Both the position numbers and the translations under genes were made by a program. Positions 1-14,651 of a DNA stretch of 64,000 nucleotides are shown here, piece by piece. The notes below the pieces were generated by a model that saw only the letters and a program-made list of their open reading frames with translations, was not told the DNA's origin and made no database searches. Source of the stretch: Perna viridis (lineage: Eukaryota); contig CM074520.1 of assembly GCA_037379345.1 (NCBI GenBank), forward strand, positions 38,350,664 to 38,414,663, given 5' to 3'. Every line of letters starts with the position of its first letter. The stretch's first letter is position 1.

Positions 1-2159
1 TCTCCTCCATTTTTTAATCGATTTATTAATGCGTTTCATTTAACCTTAAAGTTAACACATGGGAATGGTTATCTACTTTAATTTTGTTGAATTTCTTGTA
101 ATTGAAAACAACTGAATTCATATTCAATATATTAAGTAAACGTTCATCTTGCAATAATCGGAGGATTGTTAGCTAGATCAGTTTAAGTGCCTATATACGA
201 CATCAAGTAAAATTAAAATTTTGCAATTCATTTTAACCAATGTTTAAAATATATATGTAATCGCATATTTATAGTCCTACCTTTATTATGACACTGATAA
301 GAAAAGCGGTTTCCTGCATTGGTTTGAATATATACATTTTAAGCAATGAACTGCAGTCTGATCTTCGTCTGTTATGCATCCTGTTATAACTGTTTAACAG
401 TGTATTTTAAAGCATTTACGGGTTTGACAATTTACAAGCTGGAAATGCCACAGAAATTTAAAACCATGCACTCTACGTTTGCCTTTAATTAACTGTTGAT
501 TTTATGGACGTGTTTTTTTTTTTTTTATTTTATTTTTTTTCAAACAGTAACGAAAATGCATCCATAGATATGTCTTAACTAACAAAAGTTAAAAGCATGA
601 ATCCTCTTAATCATTTAAATAAGCAGATTAAAAGTGTAACTGCGGATAAATTCAAAAGAACAGAATCATTACTGATATGAAAAAAAAGGGAAGAAGCTAG
701 ATTTAGAAATCAAAGGTAATGCTATGCTACATTTCAAGGTCATATAATGAGCCGACATGAAAATGTTTGTTTTTTATAAAAAAAAAAACAAAAAAAACAA
801 AAAAAACAAAAAAAACATGCATTGTCCTTATGGCCTTGATCTTTTTTACAACGAAATATATTTGTTTACTTGTTTTTCGTTTGATTGTTTGTTTGTTTTT
901 ATCTCTGGGTTTGTTTGTTTTGTTTTTGTATTTATAGTATTTCTCAGTATAAACAGTTCCACCATAGGTGTCATCTTTCTTCAATTAGAAGATAGCGATT
1001 TGATTTCAAAACTAATGTTTTAGTGAATAAGTATTGATACAAAGGATATAGTGCACTGATCTCTTTAGGTTGCATACCACTATTCCAAGCAATGAGCTTT
1101 TAGAACGTACTTCTAAATAGTCCTACGCTAGTTTTAGTGCACTTGTGTTATGTTACTGTGGAAAAAGTGCACATCATATCCATATAAGTGAGCTTGTGTT
1201 TTGCAGAAGATCATATTTTCTTCATTTCTACATAAAATTGTCACTGTAACGTACTGAATTAAATATTTTTATGAGTTCTGCATGAAGACCCCTTTCTATA
1301 AAATGGAGGGGATTTCCCATTCCACTCCTATTGTCTTCTAGGAGCAAGTGTCACTTTGCAAGGTTGTAACCCCACATAACATTGTCAGGGCTATTAGTTT
1401 AAACATGCAGATTTTAGGTGATACATAGTCATCTTCAGATAAACTTAAGGTAAAAGATCCGTAACACATTGAGCTTAGTGAAATTAGCATTTGAGCCTAT
1501 TGGAGTGACATTATTCGTTTGTACCCTAAAAGCATTGTTTACTCCTATGGGAAGTTACACTAGTAGTTTGTAGCCTAAAAGTAATCTTTAATGCTTCGTA
1601 TTCAGAGATAGATTCTGTCACTTTTTGTCGCGAAATTTTCATCATGATTAAAATTTCATAAAAACTAAAAGCGATTGACCATCAAAGGCCAATATGATTC
1701 ACAAAATACGAAGTGTCCAATATCCTTCCTGGCTTTTAGTTGACTAACACCAAATATATACATTCTATATAAAATTACTTCCTTGACCAACTGCAATGCC
1801 GTCAGTATATTAAAATGAGTTATCAAATATGTCTATATTGAATGTGCTATAGAGTCATTGATAACGTGCGTAGAAAATCAAATGGATCGATTTGTGTTTA
1901 GCAAAGTTTATATATGAACGAAATGGAAAAAATAGCTTCAAATGGATATTGATAGATATCAGTGCCTTTATGAGGTTACGAATAAGCAGTATTCTACAAC
2001 AGTTTACGCAGAATCATATTTTAGTTCGGTGAACATCTGTTTTTAACGTCTTTCTTTTTGCAGTAATACAGCTACTTATTTGATTTTATTCCGTATTTTT
2101 CCGTAGCAGTCGGTATAGCTTCGCTTTTTACCCCTTGACCTTAGTGGAAATCGCTATGG

Positions 2160-2950
2160 AAACCTTTGTTTGAATGACGTAGTTATCGTCGTATAGTATC
2201 GAGTTATTTATGTTCCAATAGTCTAGCCCTTTTATATCTTTCTTTTATACATTGAATTTGTAGAGACACTGGTAATTCATCTGTTGAATTGGTCATTATT
2301 GGTCTTATATCGCGAGATTCAAGGTTTTGTATAAAATTTATTTCAACAAAAATTATTTCAATTCGACAAGCTTAAATTATTTGATTGTATGAGTGTCTTA
2401 AGACCATTAACGGGTTATGCTTTCGTATTTTTATGTCTTAAATCTTAACGTTCTGGGTCAAGTGTATGGCTCATATATCCCGCTAGTATCAAATTCCCTT
2501 TTGTGTTTACGTTAATAGAACTGCTTGTTTGCTTTGAAAAAAAAATAGCATATTCTCTTTCTTTATTTGGCACATAAATATTAACTAATGGGTAGATTGT
2601 ATGTTTGATTTCAAAATTGACTAAATTGTTTTCCTTTTCCGTCAATTTGTAGTCTATACTATTTTCAGTCAATATTGCAACTTCTCGACCAGCGCTAATA
2701 GATTGTTATACATAATGAAGTGGAATTTCAAACAATCAATTCATTACTTTTATAAAGAGTTGTTTCTAATAACTATCTGGTCATATTCAGATGTAAATAT
2801 CGTATTCGTTAATAAAGGATGTCTTGTTTTATGTAAGAACCTGTAATTGTTAAATAGTTTTTGCAGACCAGGAGCCTTTCTAATATGTTTTGATATACAT
2901 ATATTACTTACTTCTGTAGACATTTTGTAGAGAACATGATATATATCGTA
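2160..2950 (-). mobile_element. Decayed Tx1/L1-clade LINE ORF2, APE endonuclease region
   Basis: Minus-strand translation through frameshifts gives SAGREVAILTENSIDYKL, LVNIYVPNKEREYAIFF, GNLILAGYM and KGLDYWNINNSILYDDNYV. These match the APE motifs RGVAIL, LVNIYAPN, LILGGDFN and RGPGYWKLNNSLL. Confidence 0.85.
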
Positions 2951-4153
2951 AAGATTCCGTTCTCCCATTGTAATGGATATGATTATTGTTATATATTAAT
3001 ATATTGTAGCATAAATTTAAACAAACGGTAGGCAGAAATTCGACAAACTTGACATATATAACACTAATAATCAGCGATTTCTAATTGTTATACAAATAGA
3101 CACTCGTAGGATAAGACATTGAGTCAATGTACTCTCACCCAACTCGTTTAGAATATATGATACATATCTCAACTATTTATTTAAAAGACTAAATGTATTT
3201 TGTCATATTAGAGGGGTTATAATTCATAGTTATATAATGATTTTTTTAAAAAGGGATACAAATTTTGTTGTATGAGACAATTGGCACTTGGTCATTAACA
3301 ACAGTGCGTTGATTAATTATACAAAGAAAACTGCATTTCGAAAGACAATTAAAATATCTTGAGATAAACCAGTTGTTGATTTTGATATTTGAGTATACAG
3401 AACCGCGATGAACAATAACAGAATAAACATAATTAAATTAAATGCTTACTTCTTCACAAATCTTAGCGAATAAATACCACTTCCCCTGCAAATATTTAAA
3501 ACAAAAACTATATATCGTTCTACAATAACCGTTTATAAAATTATTCATATTGGTATTAACTTACCTCTTTTAACAAAAATAAGTCCTTAGATGAATAGAA
3601 TGGGTTGTTTACCACGTATTGAACAAATCTGTGTCAAAAAAGCTATAGACCGATATAATAATATATAATGCGTAGACATTTAAGGACAATGATATGAGTT
3701 TAAACATTAACATCTTAACATGGTCAAACAAACAACTAAAAAAATGATAAATTTCATCCCCATAGTATGTCAATTATGCATAGTTTTAGTATAATATAAT
3801 AGAAAACAAATCTGAGATAAATCTAACACATTTTCTATATCGCATTTTGTTTTTTGAATGTCACTATTATCTTAAGCGGTCATGTCGTTATTGTGTAGAA
3901 TTTTTGATGTTTCGTTTTTTTATCAGGTATAAAGCATATTGATTTGCTTCATGTTGGCATTGGCTGGATATGTCATTTAGTCGGTATATTTATTTATTTA
4001 TCGAAAAGATTCAAGTATAAACGTAGTGATTAATGCAAGAATGCAATTACCATTGATAGTATTACTTGTATTGAGCAGTTTTAATATCATATTAAATATA
4101 TAATCGTTTTATGGGTAAGTAATATTATAAAGTTTTTGATATTTATAACAAAT

Positions 4154-4156
<3 letters not shown>

Positions 4157-4208
<52 letters not shown>
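4157..4208. repeat. (TA)n microsatellite at a module junction
   Basis: About 25 perfect TA units. Confidence 0.97.
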
Positions 4209-4211
<3 letters not shown>

Positions 4212-7200
4212 AAGTAGATGAATAATATGCAAAAATTGAGGAATTTTTGCTCCATACATCAATTAAAAAAAAAATTCAAAATTTCATAGTGATTTTAGAT
4301 ACTAGATATAATCTGACGATTTTAGTATATGTTCACTTTTTTTGTTCCACTTGATGGAAATGAAATATAATTCAAATGTATAAAGGGTATTCAAGAAGTC
4401 ACAGTCTGCATGTTGCCATGGTAATCATATTAAAGAAAATTTTCACTTCAAATGAATAAATATCATTGTGATTTTCTAACTACAGTTCCGTTATATATTA
4501 ATAGATGTCATTGTATCATGGTGTATTGGATTCATTCGCTTTAAATTTTGATAAAACAAAATAAATAAAAGAGTCTTAGCTATTTGGTGATAAATTTAGT
4601 GGTTTTATAACTAATTGTTAAATCGGATACTTCGATGAGCACAAACTATTGACGTGTTTATAATGCTTAATTAATCTGAAGTGAATATTGTCTTCAAAGC
4701 ACGATAAACATAATCCAAGGTACGATCAAGAATTAAAAAATAATGCGCGCAAGCAAATACAAAATATACAAAGCATATAGAGTACCCTTTCTCTACAAAT
4801 ATATATTATCATTATTGTTCCCATTAGTTTGTTTTCCATTTAATCTGACATACCCTATGTATTGCAGTTTGTCCTTTTTTCCTCAAAAACTGACAGTCAT
4901 TAACTAAAACAAATCATAAATCGATAAACGTGAGTCGTTGATTTATTTATCAGTAGTAACTTGCGGTGAAATATCTGTCTTAATGTAATATTTTTTTTTA
5001 TTTATTATTTTCCCTCTTGGATAGTCTTTACAGTATATTAGTAAAACACCCCAATGACAATATGCGACTGAATACTACACACCGGTTTGACACAAAGAGC
5101 CATAATTTGGACTGACAAACAGTTTAACAAATTTGTGATAATTATTACTTTGGATCAGAAATGAGATGGAGTAGATGCAGTTTTATTTTTTACTAAACAT
5201 TGAATCCTAATAATTGTTTGCGATATCCAGCAAGTACACATTGCAGAACTGGCAAACGATTTTCCGATCGTGCATCTCGGTCTGATCACAAACAAAAACC
5301 ACTATTATAACATCATTTAATATATGAAGTAAAGTATCTCAAACAAATATTAAGAAAATATGTATATCAAACCTTTAAAAAACAAAACTTTCATTAAGAC
5401 CAGATTTTGGAATTAAATTTCTGATATTCATTTAGTCAAATGTAAATATCAGATCCTTTTGAAGCTGGCAGGTGAGTGAATGTATAATGCATGTAGTGTT
5501 ATTATAAAATTAAAGAAAAAAAAATGAAACAAACTACTGCCTTCCTCCAAAATTTTCGATTGAAAATTCTTAATATTTGGAGACCTCCATTGGACAGTAT
5601 AGACCGACAAGACCTCAAAGGACTGTTTCTGAAGTAGGCATTTCCTGAAAACCTTGTTGTAATGCAACAAAATCTTACTAATTTTTCTTTTTTTTTCTGT
5701 AGAAAATATGAATCTTTTTTTAAAATATAAATAGTGTTATCTTTGATGAGACATTTCAAATCGGTGATTAATTTCAATTCATAGTTGACTTGCATTGAGC
5801 TGTTTACAAAGTAATATTTTATTAAATATCTAGCAATTTTCTTGTTTTATTTATATCATATATGGGTACATTTTATAAATAAATCGCCAATTTATGTCCA
5901 AGTTTGTTCTATATAGTAATAAAATCATCGAACTGATAAAATCAAGATAGTAGTCAAAAGGACAAATCTACATGAAAAGTCAGTATAACGTATTATTCAT
6001 AAGGATAAAACCCGGAATATTAGAACACTACCGCATTGGACATACCTTAGTACAGGCATTTCACAATTAAAGGTAGATTAAACGAAGTTTAATAGCGCGC
6101 TAAACGTCCCACTTCCTTCACGATTCGTTATATCCTGAATATTTCAACACAAATGGCCAGAATTGTTTTATCCACTGCAAAATTTAAATAAACGATATAC
6201 TTATATTAATATTGTATCTTAATCATCTTATTAAAAAAAAACAATCAAACAAAAAAACAAATTAAAAAAAAACAAACAAAAGCAACACAAAATAAATAAA
6301 TAAATAAATAAATAAATAAACCAGATTTAGAAATCAAAGGTAATATTTTGCTACCTTCAAACTCATATAATGAGCCGACACGGAAATGTGTGTTGTTACA
6401 AACATGCATTGTATTTATGGCCTTGATCTTGTTTTGCAACGAAATATATTTGTTAACTTGTTTTTGTTTGTTTTTTTGTGTTTCTTTCTGTGTTTGCTTT
6501 GTACTTGTAGATATATTATATCTCAGTATAAACATTTTCACCACTTGATGTCATTTTTCTTCAATTAGAAGATAGCGATTTGATTTCCAGACTAATGTTT
6601 TATTTAATAGATATTGATACAAAGGATATAGTGAACTGATCCCTTTACGTTACATACCACTAATTCTACCGATGAGGTTTTAGAACGTACTTCAATATAG
6701 TCCTACACTAGTTTTAGTTTTGAATTTGCTTAAAATTTTGATAAAAAAATAAATATGTATGAGTACTGCATGAAGACCCTTTTTTATCAAATGGAGGGGA
6801 TTTCCCATTCCATTTTTTAATCATTGTCTTTTAGGAGTCAGTGTCACAATGCAGGGTAGTAAACCCCACATAATATTTTCAGGGCTTTTAGTGTAAACAT
6901 GCAGATTTTAGGTGTTATATAGTCTTCCTCGGGTTAAACTTAGGGTAACAGATCCATAACACATTGAACTTAGTGAAATTAGCATTGGAGCCTACGAAAA
7001 GCGACATTAGTGGTTTGTAGCCTATAAGTAATTTCGTATTCGAAGATAGATTCTGTCACTTTTTGTTGCGAAATTGTAAAATGAACCTTTCTCTTATTAT
7101 TAATTACAATTTAATATTAGAATCAAGCTTCTGGAGGTACACCTACATTTTGTTGCATCGTACGCTGAAGGCCATTAAGGAAATCTTTATATAATAGTTC

Positions 7201-8003
7201 ATTTTATCTTAATTAGCAATTATTATAATGTTCCTTAACCAATATATAACAATGATTATTCATCTAACCTGTGTATCAATTTTCTTTTGTTTACTTGTCA
7301 TTCATATATCTAGATAACAAAATGTTTCAAAATTTAGTGTATTAATACTTGTAAAGTGTTTATACTTCATCGATACTGTCTAAAAATATTTTAGAGTATT
7401 TTGAAAATGTTCAATAATTATTTAACAACGTATTTTAACAATTCTTATCACGATTAAAATTTTATGAACGCTAAAAGCGATTGACCATCAAGTAATGTAT
7501 GCTTGAAAATTGAAAAGTACATACTGCTAAGCAGACTCCAATGATTCACAAAATACGAATTGTCCGATACCCTTACAGGCTTTAAGTTGGCTAACACCAA
7601 ATATATACATAATTCTATGTAAAATTACTCCCTTGACCAGCTGCAATGATGTCAGTATATTAAAATGAGTTAACCCGTTATCAAATATGTCTATATTGAA
7701 AGTGCTTTTGAGTCATTGATAAAGTGCGTAGAACATTAAATAGAACGATTGGTGTAAATATGCACAAAATGATAAAATAGCTTCAAATAAATGTTGATAA
7801 ATATTAACGCCTTTACGTGGTAACGAATGTGTTCAATGTTCCACAACACGTTACGCAGAATCATATTATTTCGGTGAACATCTGTTTTTAATGTCATTCT
7901 TTTTGCAGTAATACAGCTACTTATTTGATTTTATTCCGTATTTTTCCGTAGCAGTCGGTATAGCTTCGCTTTTTACCCTTTGACCTTAGTGGAAATTGCT
8001 ATA

Positions 8004-8800
8004 AAAACCTTTGTTTGAATGATGTAGTTATCGTCGTATAATATCGAGTTATTTATGTTCCAATAGTCTAGCCCTTTTATATCTTTCTTTTAAAGTTTTA
8101 ATTTTCAGAGGCTGCCAGACGATCTGTCGACTTGATTAATATTGGTCTTATGTCGCGAGATTTAAAGTTTTGTATAAAATTTGTATCAACATTTTTTTTT
8201 CAATTCGACAAGCTTAAATTATTTGATTATATCAGGGTCTTAAGAATATTAACGGGATATGTTTTCGTATTTTTATGAGTTGAATCTCAACGTTCTGGGT
8301 CAACTGCATGGTTCATATATCCCGCTAGTATCAAATTTCCTATTGTGTTTACGTTAATACAACTGCTCATCTGCTTTAAAAAAAGTATCATATTCTCTTT
8401 CTTTATTTGGCACATAAATATTTACAAATGATTAGATAATGTTTTCGATTTCAAAATTGACTAAAATAATTCTTCCTTTTCTGTCAATTTGTAGTCTATA
8501 CTATTGGCAGTCAATATTGCAGCGCCTCGATCAGCGCTAATAGATTGTTATAAATATTGAAGTGGAATTTCAAACAATCTATTCATTACTTTTATAAAGA
8601 GTTTTTTTTTCTTCTAATAACCATCTCGTCATATTGAGATGTAAATATCGTATTCGTTAATAAAGAATGTCTTGTTTTATGTAAGAACCTGTAATTGTTA
8701 AATAGTTTTTGCAGACCAGGAGCCTTTCTAACATGTTTTGTTCTACATATATTACTTACTTCTGTAGACATTCTGTTGAGAAGATGATATAAATCGCAAC
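8004..8800 (-). mobile_element. Second copy of the Tx1/L1 endonuclease fragment
   Basis: Colinear paralog of 2160-2950, including the GLDYWNINNS segment. Confidence 0.82.
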
Positions 8801-9620
8801 GTTTTTGTTCTCCTATTGTAATGAATATGACTATTGTTATATATTAACATCTTTCAACATAAATATAAGCAAATGGCAGGCAGCAATTCGACAAATTTGG
8901 CATATATAACACTAATAATCAGTGATTTCTAACTTTTATACAAATAGACACTCACAAGATAAGAGATTGATCCTAAGCCAATGTTCACTCTCCCAAATCG
9001 TGTGGAATATATGATACATATCCCAACTATATATTTAGAAAACTAAATGTATTTTGTCATATTAGAGTGATAATAATTCATAATTAAATAAAATCAAAGT
9101 CTGTTAGTGATTTACCAAAATACTTCATGTGTTTAACGTTTAGAAATTTAAAAAAAATGATAAACATGGTGTTGTAAGAGACAATACATTACCATTATTA
9201 TTCGTCATTAACAACAATGCATGGATTAACTATACAATCCTTATTTATGGATGTTTTGATGTTTGATAAAAATAACACTGCATTATGAAGGAAAATTCGA
9301 ATACCTTGTGATTAAACCATTTGTCGACTTTGATATTTGATTACGCGATGAACAATAATATAATTAACATTATATTAAATTGCATGCTTATTTCTTCACA
9401 AGCCTTAGTGAATAAATACTATTTCACCCACAAATATATAAAACAAAGATTATATATCGTTCTACGATAACCGTTAATAAAAGAAATTCATATTGGTATT
9501 AAATTGCCTATTTTAACAAAATACGTTAAATGAAGACAGCGGGTTATTTAGCCCGTATTGGTCAAGCGTGTATCGAATGAGCTATAGACCGATATGATAA
9601 TATATATAATCAAATAAAAT

Positions 9621-9826
9621 AGAGGACGCTTACCCTACCGGTGCACCTGGTACGTGCTCCCAGTTTTTAGTGGAGTCCGAGTTGCCCATTTACTTTTGTT
9701 ATTTTGTATGTATGAATTTAGTTACTTTATGTTCTTTGTTGTGTATGTCTGTTTTTCATGTCTGGTCTTTGTCCCTTGATTACATTCTTTTGATTACCGC
9801 TATAACCTTGGTTCCCTTGATTACTC
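9621..9826 (+). mobile_element. Penelope-like element, 3' end only
   Basis: AGAGGACGCTTACCCTACCGGTGCACCTGG...CCTTGATTACTC, the same 3' end as 21200-21410. Absent from the paralogous site near 3670. Confidence 0.9.
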
Positions 9827-10258
9827 CTTTAAAGATTAACATCCAAACATGGTCAAACAGCTTCGAACAGAATTGATAATTTTCATCTCCATAGTGTTTA
9901 AATTATGTATAATTTTAGTGAAATATAATAGAAAACAAATCTGAGACAAATATTACACATTTGTTATATCGCATTTTATGTTTTAATGACATTATCTTAA
10001 GCAGTGATGTCGTTATTGTGTAGTCTTTTTTTATGTTTTTTATTGTTTATCAAGCATACAGGATATTGATTTGTTTCATGTTGGCGTTAGATGAATATGT
10101 CATTTAGTCTGTATATACATTTATTTATCGATAAGTAAAGATACAAGTATAAACGTAGTGATAAATGTAAGAATGCAATTACCTTTGATAGTCTTACTTG
10201 TATAGAGTAGTTGTAATATCATAGTAAATATATTAATGTTTTCTTCTTCTTTTTACAG

Positions 10259-10267
10259 CTACTCAAG
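10259..10267 (+). other. Candidate 9-nt microexon CTACTCAAG
   Basis: ttttcttcttctttttacag|CTACTCAAG|gtaagt: strong pyrimidine tract, perfect donor, frame-preserving length. Confidence 0.5.
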
Positions 10268-10393
10268 GTAAGTAATATTATTTTAACGCCAATTTATTTT
10301 CAAATAGATTTGTCTAGACGGCTTCATATAAGTTTGTTCGAATGAAGAAAGTCAAATCAATTTTTTGATATTTAAAAGAAATTAATATATATA

Positions 10394-10830
10394 TACGCAA
10401 GCCTTTTGTACCGCACTACACCACTTAAAATTAGGCATCTGGAACATGGGTATGTTGCTACAAGATTGAAGTCATCACTTCATAAATTTAACAGTGGTTA
10501 TCATGAACTCGAGGATCGTAACGATGCATCCATCTGCACCGTGAGAACTGATTTGATCAATGCGTCAAATTGAAGTTTCCCTTTCATCTTTCGTCGACCC
10601 TGGACTTTTTTTATTAGCAAATCTGCGAATATTTGTTTGACATGCATCGGACGCTTACATTACCGGTATACCTGTTTCATGCTCCGTGTTTTTATAGGAG
10701 TACAAGTTGCTTCTTTACTTTTATTACTTTGTATTTATCATTTCGGTTAAGTTATGTCCTTTTTTGTGTATATCTTTTGTCCATGCTTGTCATTGTTTAA
10801 GGATTAAATTCTATTGATTTTTTTATAGAA
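10394..10830 (+). mobile_element. Old Penelope-like 3' fragment (thumb end plus UTR), inserted before the duplications
   Basis: Encodes EHGYVATRLKSSLHKF. Same position relative to the microexon cassette as the copies at 28832 and 48521. Confidence 0.85.
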
Positions 10831-13123
10831 TAATTGTTACATGTCTTATACTAAACGTACATACTAACAAGATTTCGGCGATGTTCCTAATGTGTGTATG
10901 AATTCAGCCCCTGAATTGAGTAAAATAGATATATAGTTTTCAGTGTTCCATTCTGTATTTGATTCATCCGCTTAATGTTATGATATACTAGCGAAGTACT
11001 GCTTCGTAGCAATGGATAACTGATGTCACCTTTTACTGTTAAATATTAATGTAAAATCTTTCTCTTATTAATAGCATGTGAAAATACACCTCCATTTTGT
11101 TGCTGAACCTGTCTTCATTAATTTCAACAAATAAACTTTAAACAAAATGTCTACGGAAACTCCGTGTATATATAAAGTATATATTATTTCATATAAATCA
11201 AAATGTTTTTTTTTTATTCTTATATTCAGTCAAGTAAATTGGAATCAATCAGTTATTTACATTAAAATTTGTTTTTAAACTTGAATTTCTAATAATTTTC
11301 TAGCAATATATTTTTCGTTAAAAGAATATGTTGTGTTCAACTTAAACCAAAATAGCATGACAACTGCATTAACAAAAATGCTATCATATATAAAATAAAT
11401 AAAAGAGGCTGGTCTATTTGGGGATAAATTTAGTAGTTTTAGAACTAATTGATAAGTCAAAACGTCGATTTCCACAAACTATTGACGTGTTTATCAAGCT
11501 TAATTAAACTGAAGTGAATATTGTCTTCAAAGCACGTAAAAAATAATCCAAGGAACGATCAAGAATTAAAACCTGCGCGAAAGCAAATACAGCACAACAA
11601 CCATGAACCCACAGGAGTAGTTGGCAGCCTGACATTCGGCATCTGCAATAGCATACATTTTAGCGTTCGTCCGCCTATGAAGTCACCAGTTGTTTCGGGA
11701 GAGCAATACATAAAACGTCACAATTAAAATTGAGGAAAGTTGAAAAGGCATGTTCAACATATTTTTAGGAATGTTAGATAAGACAGACCAACAACCTTTG
11801 ATGTATATCTAAAATTGTATATCATTTTGACATTTTTTTTCAAATTTGGCATACAGGTAGTGTTATTTATAGTATATAAATAATTTCTGCTTATTGTGTA
11901 CACATAAAACATTGGTATTCTCGAAACCCAATAAGTGTTTTTGAGGATATCAAGTACGCCGAAATGCAATAAAAGATTGATAATCTTTACAGTGTACCAA
12001 TAAAACACTCTAATGACAATATACAACTGAATACTACACACGGGTTTGACACAAAAAGCCATAATTTGAATTGACAAGCAGTTTAGCAAACATTTGATAA
12101 TTAACACTTTGGATCAGACATGAGACGGAGTAGATTCAGTTTTATTTTTATGTCACTTTAAATCCGAATGATTGCTTGCGTTATCCAGCAAGTACATATT
12201 GCAGAACTGACAAAAGCTTATAATTCAGTGTCCTTTGAAATAAGCAGACATTTGGAAATATGAAATATGTACAAGTCATGTTTTGATGGCTTTGTTATAA
12301 CAAATTAATAAAGAGATGAATTTTACAGATTTCATATTTCATGAAACTCAATACCAATGTCTTTCGAAATGAGTTGTATTTGTTTAATAAGATAAACACA
12401 TCTGTCTAATTCCTCCTATGATTAAGGATTGAACTACAACATATTTACGTTGATATTGATTCTTATTTTGTTCCATAATATTTATTTCCACTTTCTGGGT
12501 TAAACAGAGTTTCTAGGTATTTGCAGCATATTTCAAATAAGTTTAAGGAGTTTATGGTCTATTTTATTTATTAATTTTCTCTACACACGATTTCGTTAAT
12601 GAAGCTATTCCTTCTGTAATTGTTTAATTTACTCATAAGAAGAAGTAGTTACATCTCTGTTTATATTTAGTCAGTAGGAACTTATATTTTTATCTGTTCA
12701 CCTTGTGTTTTGGATATTATTTAGGTCAAGATGACCAGGACGTACATCTTCATTAGGTACTCTCTCTTTTCATATCGATAGAGCCAAATATATTTTATTT
12801 TGACAGAGAGTACTTCATCAATTTATAAATAATACTGATTTACCAAAGTATGAATACTTTGCATGTATATACAGTACTATGTTCTTGTCTCTTCATGCTG
12901 TTGGTGATACCGTGATGTGGAATAATGTTTATCATGGAAAACCTAAATATAAACCGTAAACGTTAATCTTTCTTTTATAACTAAACACAAAGTATTACAC
13001 ATAACAAGTAAAATAGTGATACAAATACATTTTTTTTCTGCAGATTTTTCTGGGACAAATTTTAACAACTTTCAGGCCATTGAGTATAATCAAAATCAAA
13101 CGACTTTATTTCAAGCAAGAAGT

Positions 13124-13817
13124 AGTACCGCTATAGTACCGCTATAGTACCACTATAGTATCGCGATAGTACCGCTATAGTACCTCTATAGTACCACTAT
13201 AGTACTGCTATAGTACAGCTATAGTACCGCTATACTACCACTATAGTACCGCTATAGTACAGCTATAGTACCTCTATAGTACAGCTATAGTACCGCTATA
13301 GTACCGCCAAAGTACCGCTGTAGTACCGCTATAGTACCGCTATAGTACCACTATAGTACCGCTATAGTACAGCTATAATACCTCTATAGTACCGCTATAG
13401 TACCGCTATAGTACCGCTATAGTACAGCTATAGTACCGCTATAGTACAGCCATAGTACCGCCATAGTACCGCTATAGAACCACTATAGTACCGCTATAGT
13501 ACCGCTATAGAACCACTATAGTACCGCTATAGTACAGCTATAGTACCGCTATAGTACCGCCATAGTACCGCTATAGTACCGCTATAGAACCACTAAAGTA
13601 CAGCTATAGTACCGCTATAGTACCGCTATAGTACAGCTATAGTACCGCCATACTACCGCTATAGTACCGCTACAGAACCGCTATAGTTCCGCTTTAGTAC
13701 ACCTATAGTATCGCTATAGTACCGCTATAGTACAGCTATAGTACCGCTATAGAACCACTATAGTACCGCTATAGTACATCTATAGTACCGCTATAGTAAC
13801 GCTATAGTACCGCTATA
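13124..13817. repeat. 11-bp minisatellite (TAGTACCGCTA)n, about 63 units
   Basis: Directly visible tandem array with CAC, AGC and CTC variants. Confidence 0.98.
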
Positions 13818-14472
13818 TTTTTTGCAAATATTTCTGAAAAAAAATACACAAAGTTTAGTGCAGAGAAAGCATAATTAATTGTATGAAAAATCAAATGGCC
13901 GAGACTTTGAAGTATATTTCGACCATTTTCTATCAATTAAAAATTTTGCTTCATCAAACCTTGCAACGTTAACACATGGATTTGGTTATCTACCTTAATA
14001 TGATGCATTTCTTGCCATTTGAAACAACTGCGTTGATATTCATAGTATTGAGTAAACATTTATCTTGCAAAAGTCGGAGCATTGTTTGCTAGATCAGTTT
14101 AACTGCCTATATACGACATCAAATAATCATGAAATTTGCAATTCATTTTAACTAATGTCTTAAATATATATGTAATCACATATTTCAAGTCCATCCTCTA
14201 TAATGACACTAATGAGAAAAGAGGTTTTCTATGTTGCTTTGAACATGAACATTTTTAGCAATGAACCGTACTGCAGTCTGTTCTTCCTCTGTTACGCATC
14301 TTGCTATAACCGATTAACAGCGTATTTTAAGGCATTTACGCGTTCCATATTTTACAAGCTGTTAATACCACAGAAACGTGAAACCATGCACTCTACATTC
14401 GCATTTAATTTACTGTTGATTTCAAGGAAGTGTGTGTGTGTGTTTTTTTTTTTTTGTTTTGAACAAAAGACA

Positions 14473-14651
14473 AGAACTATATATTTGTATCTAGGTGTAC
14501 CATTTTTTTTTTAAAACGACGATGTATAATGTTTTCAAGTCGGAATTTTAACTGAGTATGGGGAATAGAAGTAAACAGTGTTGAAAAATCATAGGTTTTA
14601 ATGCTTTATATTCTGATAATAGTCTTGAACTGATTGTCTCCACAAGATCTT
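14473..14651 (-). mobile_element. Internal Penelope-like RT fragment at a deletion junction
   Basis: Matches 47080-47258 (IKTYDFSTLYTSIPH region). Repeated at 40113-40311. Confidence 0.85.

Noticed and set aside
727-1023. K/N-rich and F/V-rich ORFs here and at 6245-6568, 49697-50031, 50478-50669 and 59245-59536
   Set aside because: They arise from poly-A/T low-complexity tracts, and frames are not conserved between paralogs where paralogs exist.
1342-1362. 21-nt AG..GT segment kept in three paralogs (also ~6835 and 37761)
   Set aside because: The donors gttgta and gtagta are poor, and conservation is no higher than in the flanks.
5436-5670. Minus ORF shared with 54731-54946, and a plus-strand 36-nt segment ending CAG|gtgagt
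   Set aside because: No recognisable protein, a weak acceptor, and the donor is lost in the 54.7-kb copy. Not excluded, but unsupported.
13044-13090. tttcag + 8-9 nt + gtataa as a second microexon class (also ~34015, 38966, 51293)
   Set aside because: No copy has both good splice sites, and the length varies.
13124-13817. Regular short repeats (also 29962-30400 and 61343-61512) as possible CRISPR arrays
   Set aside because: The units are head-to-tail with no unique spacers, there are no cas genes, and the context is eukaryotic.
14203-14514. 103-aa ORF repeated at 39840-40136
   Set aside because: Conservation is explained by the recent duplication. Older paralogs (~290, 34490, 51770) do not keep the frame, and no domain is recognisable.
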